A stretch of 64,000 nucleotides of DNA from Chiloscyllium plagiosum (taxonomy: Eukaryota). The first letter of the stretch is position 1. Every line of letters starts with the position of its first letter. The DNA is taken from assembly GCF_004010195.1 (NCBI RefSeq), contig NC_057719.1, positions 43,864,847 to 43,928,846 of the forward strand. Direction: 5' to 3'. Made by a program: the position numbers and the translations under genes. Positions 12,796 through 25,236 of this stretch are shown here, piece after piece. The notes below the pieces were generated by a model that was given only the letters and a program-made list of their open reading frames with translations, had not been told where the DNA came from and ran no database searches.

Positions 12796-14844
12796 GAAAG
12801 GTAAGAATTAGAAGAAACGTGTTTTAGGTTGGACAGGAGCTGGAGGATCTAAATGACTGCTCCTGTCCTGATGTTTTCTCTATGTGGTCTAACTTCGAGT
12901 TGAATGTGCATGCAGTCAGAAAATCTGGCCTTTTGTTCTTCTGGTCTCCTTGGGAATGAATGTTCCTTTTTATGACTATGTTTATTCGGGCTGATTGATC
13001 ACATAGTACATCCTGTATGGATGAATTGAATTGGATAGATTCCCACAGAAACAGTAAATCACAAAATGATTACAATCCAAACTTTCACATAACTATGTAC
13101 CTTATACTCAACCTACCAATAGTATTTCTGCATAGCTGATAAAAGGATAGGAAAAGGAAAACCTCTGACATCACTATGCATAGCTCCAGATTACAACATA
13201 TGCACAAAATGTATGTTGCCACAGCAACCTAGAGTCCTTGGTTGTCAGTGGCTGGAGGGGTAGAATGGATCAGATTGGTGCCAACAGCACTGTGTTCAAT
13301 CACCATTCTGGTTGGAGTAGATTGCCATACCTATGATCAAAATTACAGCGCTGTGGATCAACCTGCATTCAAAGAACTCAAGAAGAGGAGTATGTTTTTT
13401 TTCCATTCTCCAAGTTTGTTTCTTTTTTTGAAAGCATTGATACTTTGGGTGGTGGCACATCATTTGTTCATAGCTAACTTTAATTTGTCGAGACAGTAAT
13501 TACTTTCAGCCTGTTTTTAATGGGTGTGTCACAGCCCAGCCCATCCAGTATTTACATGTTCATTTTATAGATGAAGCACTTGACAACAATCAGAAATAAG
13601 ACCCCGTCTGATTTTTCTACCCCTTACCTCAATGACTGCAAACTAAACAAATTTGTTTTTGCAGAAAGCTGCATTAGGTTCTCGGCCTGTTTGTCAAGCC
13701 CTTTGGAATGTTGTTTGGCGTATTAACAACTTCACTTATATTTCTGGATTAAATGTAAATAACACATTGCAATAACATCACCTCTGTATGAAGGAATTAC
13801 GATAAAACATTTGATATGAACGGACCATTTCATCAAATAAAATTTGAACAAGTGTTTACAGCAGTTTCATTAAATACTATTCAAAACTTGCTGCAAAGAG
13901 AAAAGGTTGGCTTTTGGACAAAATCTAATGCTGTTTCACTAAAACCAAACAATTTTGTTGATTACTGTTTATATGCTATGGTGTCGCAATTATGAATAGA
14001 ACAGTAATTACGCACTTGAACATCAGGGTTAACATTACAGCAGTAATATTAATCCTAAACTACTTCAAAGAGAGTAGAGCATAATAGTTCAGAAACTTTG
14101 TTACTAAATTATGTAATGATGCATTTTGTCCTTTTTTTTCTATGAAGAAAGGTTGAGACGGAGGTGACAGAGCAGTCTGTTCCAAAGGCAATAAAGTAAA
14201 CAGGTTGTGATGCCTTGGGTTTTTTTTAAAGTTGAAATAATAGATGCAGTCTGAATGGGTGAGGTCAAGCTCTCACAGAACCAGGATTTTTTTTCAAGTT
14301 TTAGCCTTTAGTAGCGGTTGCTGGGTTCTTGAAGCTGGATGTAGAAGCTCTTATTCCTCTCCCACAGCTAAAAATTGAGTTTTTTTTTCCCTGCTGCTAG
14401 AATTGCATGTGGGACAATCTATTTTACTGAATTTGCCTATTGCCAAGTGTAGGTTTATGGGATACTATTATATTGCAATTTTTAATTAACAGTAGTTTAT
14501 TAATGTTATTTTGTTCACCATTTTGATATCGCTACAGTTAAATCAATTCTTTTCTTTTATTGTTATTTTGTCTATATTTTAACTTAGTGTAAAAATAAAA
14601 TGTGCTTTATTTGAAGCCTGATAATTTGACCAAGCGAATTGCATCTGGAACACAACACCTTTTAAAATTTAAAAAAAATTTATTTTCTACAACGTGGTTA
14701 AATTTGTATTTGCTTGACTATTCTCTTTTTGACTCTCTCTTTAGTAATGGGAAATGGTTATTAAACTCCATTTTCATTTTTGATGCAATGTTACTGTCTC
14801 AATGACTTTAGAAATAGTATCCTTATTTCTCTCATGATTTTGAG

Positions 14845-15618
14845 TTAACGCTTTCCCATCACCCTAACTATCCCATCATCATCCATATGCTTATCCAAGG
14901 ACTGTTTAAATGCCCCTAATGTGGCTGAATTAACTACATTGGCAGGCAGGGCATTCCATGCCCTTACCACTGTATGAATAAAGAACCTGCCTCTGACATC
15001 TGTCTTAAATCTATCACCCCTCAGTTTGTAGCTATGCCCTCTCGTACAAGCAGATGTCATCATCCTAGGAAAAAGATTCTCACTGTCCACCCTATCTAAT
15101 CCTCTGATCATCTTGTATGTCTCTATTGTATCCCCTCTTAGTCGCCTTCCCTCCAATGAGAACAGACCCAAGTCCCTTAGCCTTTCCTCATAAGACCTTC
15201 ACTCCAGATCAAGCAACATCCTGGTAAATCTCCTCTGCACCTTTTCCAATGCTTCCACATCCTTCCTGTAATGAGGCGACCAGAACTGCACACAATACTC
15301 CACAAGTGAGGCCGCACTAGCATTTTGGACAGTTGCAGCATGACATCACAGCTTCAAAACTCAATCCCTCTACCAATAAAACCAACACACCATATGCCTT
15401 CTTAACAGCGCTATCAACCTGGTTGGCAACTTTCAGGGATCTATGTACATGGACACCAAGATCCCTCCGCACATCCACACTACCAAGAATCTTTCCATTG
15501 ACCCCGTATTCTGCCTTCCTGTTATTCTTTCCAAAGTGAATCACCTCACATTTATCTGCATTGAACTCCATATGCCACCTTTCAGCCCAATTCTGCAGTT
15601 TATCCAAGTCTCCCTGCA
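14845..15618 (-). mobile_element. CR1 LINE 3' fragment (second subfamily)
   Basis: LQGDLDKLQNWAERWHMEFNADKCEVIHFG; LRGDTIETYKMIRGLDRVD. Confidence 0.92.
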
Positions 15619-15629
15619 ACATTTTTCAA

Positions 15630-15748
15630 AGAGGGATATGGGACAAGTGCTGGCAAATGGGACTAGATTAATTTAGGATATCTAGTCGGCATGGATGAGT
15701 TGGACTGATCTGTTTCCATGCTTTACATCTCTACGACTCTATGACTGT
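15630..15748 (+). mobile_element. CR1 3' tail fragment abutting the previous element in opposite orientation
   Basis: gagggatatggg...gggactagatt...catctctacgactctatgact. Confidence 0.8.
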
Positions 15749-16869
15749 ATGTAGCATGTCCCCTGGATAAACATTTATTTCTCATAGTGTTATAATTACA
15801 CCATAAGACTCACCAACTTCTATCTGAAACTTTAGCCACAATGAATGTCTTTCTCCCTGTGTGCAAGGCAGTCAGGTGCTCTCAAAGAACTAATTATAAT
15901 CTCTTCCCAAGCTGGGGATGATCATTCATTACCAAAGGATTTTTGGATTTCTCCAAAAAATATTTGATGTAGCCCCCAACCATTTGAAATGAGTTCTTCA
16001 CATGTCCTGCCCACACAAGGGCAGATGTTAATTAACAATTTAGTCGGTCCATTAGGATTTTATGAAGCATCTCATATATTTATCAGGTTGTTTCTTTATT
16101 TCATCTCAAAAGAGGAGGTATAATCAGAACCTCTAATGGTCTGATTCTTCTTATTAATATTAAAAAAAATTAAGATCCACCCTGAAGCATTTTTTTCCTT
16201 CTTTGTACATTCCATGGAAACATGTTCACTTTGTACTACCTCTGCAGTTTTAACATTTACTTGCTTCCCCAATGCCCCTTTCTAAAGATATTCCTACTCC
16301 TGCAAAAGTCTTATATTCGCTTCCAGAAAATGGTTTTGGTTTGTCAAGTCCTCTTTCAGTGCAAAGATATTACTTTATTTCTTTTGGTTCAAACTTTCCT
16401 GGTTTATTACTTTAGTGTCCTTATCTTTGTTCTCTAAAACTGGTACTACTTAGGTTCATAGACTTTCTATTCTTCCAATTTACTTATGGATTTCCATGTT
16501 ACTACTTGTACTACCTGTAAATTGTCCATCGGAGTTATCCTCGGTATCTGCCAGAACTACTACTTCTCTGATCTTAAACACATGACAAATGTCTAAAGAA
16601 GTCTTTAAATTTACAGGAATGCTATTTTTAAATTCTTTCATGATCATTATTTACCTTGCTTTGTCAGTTTTTTTCTGTAATTTAAGTGATGTAAACTACT
16701 AACCCCAAAGTATTTTCTTTCTTCCTTGCAAATTCCACAAATGTCTGATTAAATTTCTTTCTTGTCCCAAATTTTGATTGCTAAGCTTCAGGCATAAGCT
16801 CATAAACATTGAGTATTGTCTCCAAGTAGAATTTATATATACATATACAAAAATGTACATATGTATGTA

Positions 16870-17390
16870 TTATGATCTTCGATAGAATATTCTGTTTTCT
16901 AAATTTACCAAAGTCTGACCATGCCTCATATATATTTCAGAGGTCATGTTATTAACTTCATCCATTAATTTTAGTAGAATTTCCAAACCTTTTTCAATAT
17001 TTAATTGTTGTGTCTTTAGCTCTGAGTGCTTTATACCTGATCTTGCTCCAGTATGATATGAGAGTGACAGGGCTATACCTTTTTTAAAATAAAGATGTAA
17101 CCTGTGTCCACATATCCACTCCAAGTTCAGCCTCATAAAACATTAATAGGAAGTCATATTGTGATACATTGCACTTGGTTTTAGCAATTCTTCTCCAAAG
17201 TAACTCCAAATACAATCTTCTGGCTTCAGGTCTTTACCTTTAGATAACCATTCTCTGCTACCATTGTCACTTTGCATCTTAGTCAATCTGTAAGACAGAA
17301 AACAAAACTCTTTGCAGATAGCATTTATTAATTACACAGTCTTAAATATTTTTAATCAACCCTCTTCATAGATGTCATAAACTACCCTGG
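16870..17390 (-). mobile_element. Ty1/copia (GalEa-like) LTR retrotransposon remnant: LTR end, PBS and gag fragment; decayed pol may extend to about 15.8 kb
   Basis: minus strand ...TGACA-A-TGGTAGCAGAGAATGGTT (17246-17263) is 17/18 complementary to the tRNA-iMet 3' end; downstream gag-like SELKTQQLNIEKGLEILLKLMD. Confidence 0.6.
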
Positions 17391-17489
17391 AGCGGTTGGG
17401 ACTTGAGCCTCCTGGTTTTGCATTACTTAATCTTAAGCTCCCTTCACCCTTTATATCCAGCTGCTCAGCCTTATATCTCGTTATTCTTG

Positions 17490-17795
17490 TTCGCAAAAGG
17501 ACCAAGAATGAGAGCATAGGTTTAAAGTGATGTACAAGAGAAGCAAGGGCATTGTGAAGAAAACCCTTTCCATACAGTGAGTAGTTAGGGTATGGAATGC
17601 ATTACATAGATTTTTGGTGGGAGCAGATTCAAGTTAAGATTCGGGAGGGCATTGGATGATTACTTGTGCAATATCTTGTACAAGTGTACGGGGAGAAAGC
17701 AGAAGATTGGCATTAGGTAATGCTGCTCGTTTGAAGACCCTTTGCAGGCATGCTGGGCTAAATGGCTACTTGTGCACTGGAACAATCTGTGATTC
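17490..17795 (+). mobile_element. Old CR1 3' fragment
   Basis: catagg tttaaagtg...gtagttagggtatggaatgcatt...gggctaaatggct pattern of CR1 ORF2 end and 3' UTR. Confidence 0.7.
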
Positions 17796-17931
17796 TGCAA
17801 TATTGTCAAATTAAAGAGTCATCTGCATTGACTAAAATTTTCTTAACATTGTCAAGAATACAAAATGTTACATGGTATTTTTATGTACATGTTACATCAA
17901 ATTCTTTAAATTATTTACTTCTTTTATTTAG

Positions 17932-18066
17932 GATCACAATACTTGGTTAGGTCAGGATGATGAGCCTTTGACTGGTTTCTCTTGGCGTGGAGGTTCAGAG
18001 CGTGAAACTACTGGGATTCAGATATGGAGTGAAGTGTTTCTGGTGGACAAGCCTAATGGAGAAAAG
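17932..18066 (+). CDS. ATL1: Atlastin-1 exon (human exon 3 equivalent), GTPase domain
   Basis: tttag|GAT...AAG|gtgag; 135 nt; [45 protein letters not shown] matches atlastin G2 region. Confidence 0.97.
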
Positions 18067-18299
18067 GTGAGAGCGTAAAACCAAGATGACGAGTTACATT
18101 GAATTTACAGCAAAGAAGCAAATCTTTTAACCCACTCTCTACTGGTCTCTAAGCTGCGCACAGGCTTTGTTCCCATCCCTCTATAGTATCAGTTTGTGTG
18201 TTGGCTTTTGAAAGTGTGTTCATTTTCAAATCGCCTTGCCTCACTGATAAAGTAATGCTTCACTTACTTGGAAAAAAGTCTGATTCAAGAGCATCTTGT

Positions 18300-18368
18300 C
18301 ACCTGACAAAAGAGCAGCACTCTAAAAACTTGTGATTTTAAATAAATCTGTTGGAGTGTGACTTCTAA
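18300..18368 (+). mobile_element. Decayed Penelope-like terminal fragment (further family) with eroded hammerhead core
   Basis: cacCTGAcaAaagagcagcactctaAAAacttgtg...aataaa; hairpin agag/ctct and cac/gtg closing pairs. Confidence 0.4.
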
Positions 18369-18568
18369 GCTTGTTTATAGATCATTAAATTTCAACTTTA
18401 TAGAGAATATAAGCTGTGAACAGTGAAAATTAGACATAAAAGTAAAACAAAAATGGTTGGAGATGCTTGGCTGATCATGACCTGGAAAGATAGCTTCATA
18501 TGTTGAGTGGAATAGAAGAGTTCTAATTTAGAGTTTTGAGTAAATGTCATTTTCATACACTGACCATC

Positions 18569-18792
18569 AACTAGGAGAAAGTGAGGACTGCAGATGCTGG
18601 AGATCAGATCGAAGAGTGTGGTGCTAGAAAAGCACAGCCAGTCGGGCAGCATCCAAAGAGGAGGAGTATTGACATCTCAAGCATAAGCCCTTCATCAGGA
18701 ATGATGAAGGGCTTATGCTTGAAATGTTGATTCTCCTGTGCTCCTCACATGCTGCCTGACCTACTGTGTTTTTCCAGCACCACACTCTTCAA
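18569..18792. mobile_element. Penelope-like family A fold-back element
   Basis: aactaggagaaagtgaggactgcagatgctgg leader plus ~85-nt inverted arms meeting at cccttcatcaggaatgatgaaggg. Confidence 0.82.
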
Positions 18793-19186
18793 CATCCTGC
18801 TGTAAATGTCCAGTAATTATTGATCTTATTCCGATTGCAGATCTTAAGAGCAATCAATATACAGAAGAGAAATAAGTATTTGTAATTGCATTATTTTTGG
18901 TTTTTGAAAAGAAAGTGTTGGGATGCAAAGTATATTCTATATAAACACAGACATAATTAATTGTTTGGGATGATATATTCATTATTAATGTCAGTTTCTT
19001 TGAAGTGTAACCGTTATATTTCCATTTACCTTTTCGAATCAGAGGGACTAGTTGAATCATCTTTGTTATTGTTCCCATACATCTTTTGAGATCTTTTCCT
19101 TTTTCTTCACCATGTTATAGGTAATAATGTAATATTGTCACTTGCCTGCTTTTGAAAGGTTATGAACAAATACATTTCATTTGCAG

Positions 19187-19291
19187 GTTGCAGTACTATT
19201 GATGGACACGCAAGGGACATTTGACAGTCAGTCAACTCTTAGAGATTCTGCTACAGTATTTGCACTTAGCACCATGATAAGTTCAATGCAG
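19187..19291 (+). CDS. ATL1: Atlastin-1 exon 4 equivalent (DTQG G3 motif)
   Basis: ttgcag|GTT...CAG|gtagg; 105 nt; [35 protein letters not shown]. Confidence 0.98.
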
Positions 19292-22074
19292 GTAGGAGAA
19301 TTTGCTTCTGAAATTTTGAGTCGTGATCTTTTTGAAATGGTCTCAAAAACTGAGAAAAGTAACAAGAAACCAGCAGCAGCATCAATGTTGACATAATTGT
19401 GAGAACACCTTGTAGCATCATACTTCTGTTCATTGGCTTTATTGCCGTATCTGTGAAAATCATTGCGTTCCTTTAACTAAGTTAATTTTCCACATTTTCA
19501 GGGGGCAGACTGGAACTTAAATAAACAGCTACAAGAAAATTAATTTAGTCCTCCTCAGAACAGAGGTGGTCAAATCCTTCCAAGCATTAAACATGTAAAA
19601 TTCCAAATAAAACAAGATAGTTGTGTTAACTACATTAAACTTTGGCGACAGAAAACGTATGGCCTTAAAATGTATATGCTGCTTGGAGGCCACTGCCATA
19701 CTTTGAGCTCACCAGGGGATCCTGTCTGAGAAGATCTTGGCACCATCACCAGATTTGCAAGCCCCCTGTCTCAAGTAGCTACTTAAATGCCATTGTCACT
19801 GACAGACAGGTAGACAGTGTCAGTGTGTCCTTTCCACTTGTTTGACCATGGACTGGGGACTCGCATATTGGGCCATAGATCCAGTACTTGCAAAAGCCAA
19901 CCCTTCCATTCCCACCTCCATTTGGCTGCTCACTGTCTGATTCCCAGAGCTTTCCCTCTCTTCAAATTACTATGTCAGCACATTCTAATACTTCGAGAAT
20001 AGTTCACCGTGGCATCCAGAAATAAGATGGATGGGCTGAGAAAAGATGTTGTGATAGAATGGTAATGAATCAAACATCACACAGCTACAAAATAAAAATT
20101 TATATTATTGGCTCTATACAATGAAAGATGTATTAAATTATTGTTGGCAGTTTTGTTTTAATGTTGAACATTTCATTTGGCTCAGGAGTGTTGAAAGGCT
20201 GAGTGCATTATTTCAGTCATTCTAAGGGATTGATGGATCGTTTGAAATGTTCATGGACTCTTGGGGATCTGTAGAACTCTAATTGTGAACCCAGATATAT
20301 ACTTATTACCAGTCACTTTGATATTTGAAAGGTATGAAGTGTTTTGTAAACCAAAATAAACCTTTTTTCTATCCTTGTAAGTGCAAACTAAATGTCATTA
20401 TTGTACTTTTGGTCTGAACAACTGTGCTTCATGAAATTAGTGAATATTATAAAATATAAATATCTCTTGAAGAGGAAATACGTAATAAATTAATGTAAGC
20501 ACACAGTTCCTAATTCATGACACTCAAACTGTTCCTAGGCACAAGACTATCTCACTAATGTATCTTGGCATATAATGTTTGCTGATAAACAGACAACCTA
20601 TGCAGCTGAATATCCTTGCTGACTGACAAACTTGAGAAGATGGCATTGAGCTATATTGCAGTCCTGTTGTGTGTTCTATGATATGGTTACAGCCACAGTG
20701 ATGTTAGGGAGGGAAATCCAGGACTCCAACCTACTGCCAACAAAGGAATGCTAGTTTAGTTCCAGGTCAGGTTGGTACATGGCTTTTAGGGAAATTCCTT
20801 GTCTGCTACCCTTGTCCTACTAGGTAGTAGAGATCATAAGTTTGGAAGGTGCTATCTGAGGTTTCATAAGTGATTGCAAAGCTCATTGTAGATTGTATAC
20901 ACTGCTGGCTCTCTGCACTGCCAGTAGGGTGAATGAATGTTTAAGTTGATGGAGGGAGTGAATGATAAAGATGTTAATTGTGGTGCCAGTCAAGAAGGCT
21001 GTTTTATCTTGAATGGTGTTCAGTTACCTTAGTGTAATTGGAGCTGCACTCATCCAGACAAGTGGGCAGCATTCTAATACATTCCCAGTTTGTAATTTGC
21101 AGGTGGACAGGCATTAGGGAGTCAGGTGATGAGTTCCTCACCTTAGAATTCCAAGGCTCTGCTCTTATAACCAAACTATTTATATGCACCAGTTGAGTTT
21201 TTGACCAAAGCTAATCCCAGTGGGGGAATTTGGTAAAGTTCATACAATTGAATGCCAAAGCAAGATTTAGATTCTCTCTTGTTGGAGATGGTCTTTCCCT
21301 GGTACCTGACTGGTATAAATGCTACTTGCCAATTATTGGTTAAACATGAAAGTTATCCAGGTCATGCAGGCATGGACCACTTAAGTAACATAAGTAATAT
21401 AAAAACAACATATGCGGACACAAGACCTGTTGGAGAATCTCAGCAGATCTGGCAGCATCTGCAAGTCAATATTCTGAGTTCAATATAACTTCGGAATATG
21501 TTAATATATGAGGAGTCGCAAACAGGACTGAACACGCATTAACCACTCCAGTCCTCACCTTATGATAGTGAAAATATCATTGATGAAGCACCTGAAGATG
21601 ATTGGGGCCAGGACAGTACCCTGGGGGATCTCTGCAGCAATGCTGTGGGGCTGCGCCAACCTTGACCATCTTCCTTTGTGTTCGCTACGACCAACCAGAA
21701 AGCTCCCACCAATTCGTATTGTCATCACTTTTGCTAGGGTTCCTTAATACAGAGATGGTGAAATGCTCCCTTGATGTCAAAAGCAGTCCCTCTCACTGCT
21801 TCAACTGTGGAAGTCAATAGAGTCGTATCAAGTTTTGTCTAATTTTAGGGCCAATTCATTTTATATTCTCATTAACACCAGATAATTATAATTCACATAG
21901 TATGCTTAAAGTCATCCAATTATCTTAAGCTAACAACCAGTCACTGTTCATTTTATTGAATCTCAATGATACTTTAAAACTGATGTTAAAAATCATTTTA
22001 AAATCCTTACCATAGTAAAACAATAAGTGTATTACTTTTCAGAACTGTAAAGACTCTTATTTCATTTTGTCCAG

Positions 22075-22125
22075 GTATATAACTTGTCACAAAATATTCA
22101 AGAGGATGATCTTCAGCATCTACAG
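22075..22125 (+). CDS. ATL1: Atlastin-1 exon 5 equivalent
   Basis: tccag|GTA...CAG|gtaat; 51 nt; VYNLSQNIQEDDLQHLQ. Confidence 0.97.
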
Positions 22126-22214
22126 GTAATTGAATAACCAGTGAAAGTCTATAAGTAATAGCATCAACTTAGGGTAATCTGTTCACCTCAGTGTTGGTGT
22201 TTAATCTCCTTCAG

Positions 22215-22271
22215 CTCTTCACTGAATATGGACGTCTAGCTATGGAAGAAACGTTTCAGAAACCATTCCAG
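22215..22271 (+). CDS. ATL1: Atlastin-1 exon 6 equivalent
   Basis: ttcag|CTC...CAG|gtgag; 57 nt; LFTEYGRLAMEETFQKPFQ; preceded by an 89-nt intron. Confidence 0.97.
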
Positions 22272-22680
22272 GTGAGAAAAAGTTAATGCTTAAACTTGCC
22301 AGAATTACAAAAGATCAGTTTCTGCAATTAAAATTAATATCACTATTTATTAATGTCTTTTAAAAAGAAAAATTTCATTGTCTACACATCTTGCCTTTTA
22401 TTTCAGTGCTGAGCAGCTGAACTGGAAAGCTGCTGTGGGATTTTCCTGACATTAATTTTGTACCAACCCATTAGAATATGTGTAAGAGTGGTACGACAGG
22501 ATTTGCTGTTTCCTCTGTTTCATATCATTGGGAAGGACATAGCCATGAGGCTGTGCTGGAAATCAAAAGCATGAAACCAGCTTCTACTATACTGGCTACA
22601 GAGCAAAATCTTTACTGTTATAAATATATTGATTTTAAAGCAGGAGTGTACAATTGATTAAATATTGCTGAAATGAAATA

Positions 22681-24941
22681 CAGGGAGTCCCCGGGTTATG
22701 AACACCTGACTTATGAACGCTTGTACTTATGAACTGACTTCCATAAAGCCTATTACTTTAAAAATTCAAGTTACATACAATGGTTCGGACTAATGAACGG
22801 GAGGACTACTTTGCGCGACACTCAAAATACTGCATGTTTTCAGCGGTTCACCGGCCTGAGCGAGAACAATGCCATGCCATCGTAATCATGGCTTCAAATT
22901 GTAAATCTGATACAATTGATGGTGATGCATCCAAGTAAAGGAAAACAATCACGATTGAAACAAAATTGGAGATAATAAAGTGATCAGAGAGAGGTGAAAT
23001 ACCAACAAAAATTGGAAAAGTGTTAGGCTACAGTCCATCAATGATTGAGACAGTTATAAAGCGCAAGGGGAGAGTAATGGAGCATGTAAAAGGCTCTCCC
23101 AATTAAAGCGACAAATACCATTAAGCAACGCAGTTGTTCTATTATTGAAATGGAAAGACTATTGGTAATTTAAAGAATCAGAATTAGCGTAATATTCCTA
23201 TTAGTCTTGGCTTAGTGCAAGAAAATGCTCAAAGTCTTTTCAATGACTTAAAAGCTGTACGTGCAGCAAGTGAAGGTGCTTGTGATGAAGAATTTGTTAC
23301 GAGTAGAGGTCGGTTCAACTGTTTCAAAGGGAGGGTAAATTTACACAATATTAAGGTGCAAGGTGAAGCAGCAAGTGCTGATGTAAGTGCTGTGAGAGAG
23401 TTTCCTGAAATGTTGAAAAAACATTATTGAGGAGGGAGGTTATGTGCCTGAGCAAATATTTAATGTATACGAGACTGGCTTTTTGTTTGGAAGAAAATGC
23501 TTGAAAGGACATACATTTCAAAATTGGAAAAAAACTGCTCCAGGGCATAAGACATCCAAGGATAGGCTAACATTATTGCTTGGTGGTAACATCCTGGGGA
23601 TTGCAAGCTTAAGCCTATGCTTGTGTATCACTCCCTGAATCCGAGGGCACCTAGCCGAAACATCAAGGCATCTCTTCTGGTTATTTGGAAGGCAAACAAA
23701 AAGGCTTGGGTGACGGAAGCTCGCTTCGAAGATTGGTTCCTGAACTTCTTTGTTCCTGCTGCTGAATGCTATTACTTGGCCAAGAAGATTCAAAATTCTC
23801 CTTGTGCCTGACAACTCCCCCGGACATCCAAGCATTTTAGATGACTTTCACCCAAATGTAAAGGTCATCTTTTTGCCACCCAACACCACATCACTACTAC
23901 AGCCAATGGATCAGGGAATCATAGCCTCCGCTAAGGCTTATTATTTACACCGGACCTTCTCACAAGCAGTCAGGGCTACCCAAGATGATGCAATGACTTT
24001 AAAGGAGTTCTGGAGGAATTACAGCACTAATGATGGCATCAAAAACTTTGCAGACTCTGGGGAGGAAATGAAAAAAACCAATATGAAAGGAGTCTGGAAC
24101 AAATTGTGTCCCCAGTTCACCGATGGTTTTAAAGCATTTACAGCTGAGGACATCGCCGAAGCCAGGCAAGCTGTAGTTGATATTGGTAATAATCAACTGC
24201 AGTTAGACATCAATGAAGATGATGTCTTAGACTTGCTTGAATCCCATGCTGAAGAACTGACCAATAAGGACCTTATGGAGCTGGAGCAGCAGGTGATAGT
24301 ATTTGAGAAAGAAAGCCAGGTCCTAGAAACCCCAGAACCCAAGAAGTTTTTGACGAAGGAGTTAGCTGAAGCCTTTTGTCTCACTGAAATAGGCATGGCA
24401 AAGTTAGAGGAGCAAGATCCTAATGCAGAGAGGTTCACCAAAGTTTACAAGATAGTTACCGATGACCTGAGCTGCTCCAAGGCCATTTATAATGAGAAAA
24501 AGAGAAGCTCTGCTCAATCCACCCTTGATGTTTACTTTAAGAAATTGACTTCAGAAGTAAACCCCCACTCTCCAGCAGCAGAAGCAGACACTGACTCTCC
24601 AGTAGCAGTATCTATCCCTGACTCTCCAGCACCAGGCTCATCTTCTCCAACACCAGGCCAATTACCCAATTAATAAAGTTATCTTAATTATTAATTAAGG
24701 CCCCTCTGGTATACTAGACATTGTTTGGAATGTGAGTGAGTGTAAACCTTTAATGATTATGTTTTCTTTTCTGTCTAAACAGTCTAAGAAATGTTTCTTT
24801 AATGTTTTTTATATCTATACTAAGACAAACATTCGACAAATTGATGCTAGATGTGCATCATATGTAACTGCTCCAACTTACATACAAATTTGACTTACGA
24901 ACTGACTTAAAAACAAAATTCGTTTGTAACATGGGGACCTG
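22681..24941 (+). mobile_element. Full-length Tigger/pogo (Tc1/mariner superfamily) DNA transposon, inactive
   Basis: TA|CAGGGAGTCCCCGGGTTATGAAC ... GTTTGTAACATGGGGACCTG|TA (imperfect TIRs, TA TSD); transposase remnants from ATG 22888 to 24673. Confidence 0.93.
22888..24673 (+). pseudogene. Disrupted Tigger-type transposase (CENP-B HTH plus DDE_1)
   Basis: RKTITIETKLEIIK, GEAASAD, QIFNVYETG, KDRLTLLLGGN, DNSPGHP, FLPPNTTSLLQPMDQGII; several stops and frameshifts in the 5' half. Confidence 0.9.
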
Positions 24942-25143
24942 TATGTTGATGTGTATACACTAGTTTGGTGTCTATTTATTTGTTGAATAATAAATATAAT
25001 TAAATAAAGTTGAAAATTGAACTTATACTATAACTGTCTTTTGAACTTCTGAAAATGCTTTAAAATTAAAACAAAATAGATTTAATACAATAACCCTGAA
25101 AAACAATTCTTGAACTAAAGATTATTTTCTTTTTAATATGCAG

Positions 25144-25236
25144 TCACTTATATTTCTAGTCCGTGATTGGAGTTTTCCATATGAATTCAACTACGGTCTT
25201 GACGGAGGCTTCAAATTCCTAGAGAAACGCCTTAAG
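25144..25236 (+). CDS. ATL1: Atlastin-1 exon 7 equivalent (RD motif)
   Basis: tgcag|TCA...AAG|gtttg; 93 nt; [31 protein letters not shown]. Confidence 0.97.

Noticed and set aside
14110..14670. Possible solo LTR-like repeat
   Set aside because: Composition and an AATAAA are suggestive, but I could not define termini, a TSD or a second copy.
1..17931. ATL1 exons 1-2 (P-loop GAFRKGKS)
   Set aside because: No matching peptide found by eye; ORF 13242 begins SVAG but does not continue as atlastin. Probably upstream of the window.
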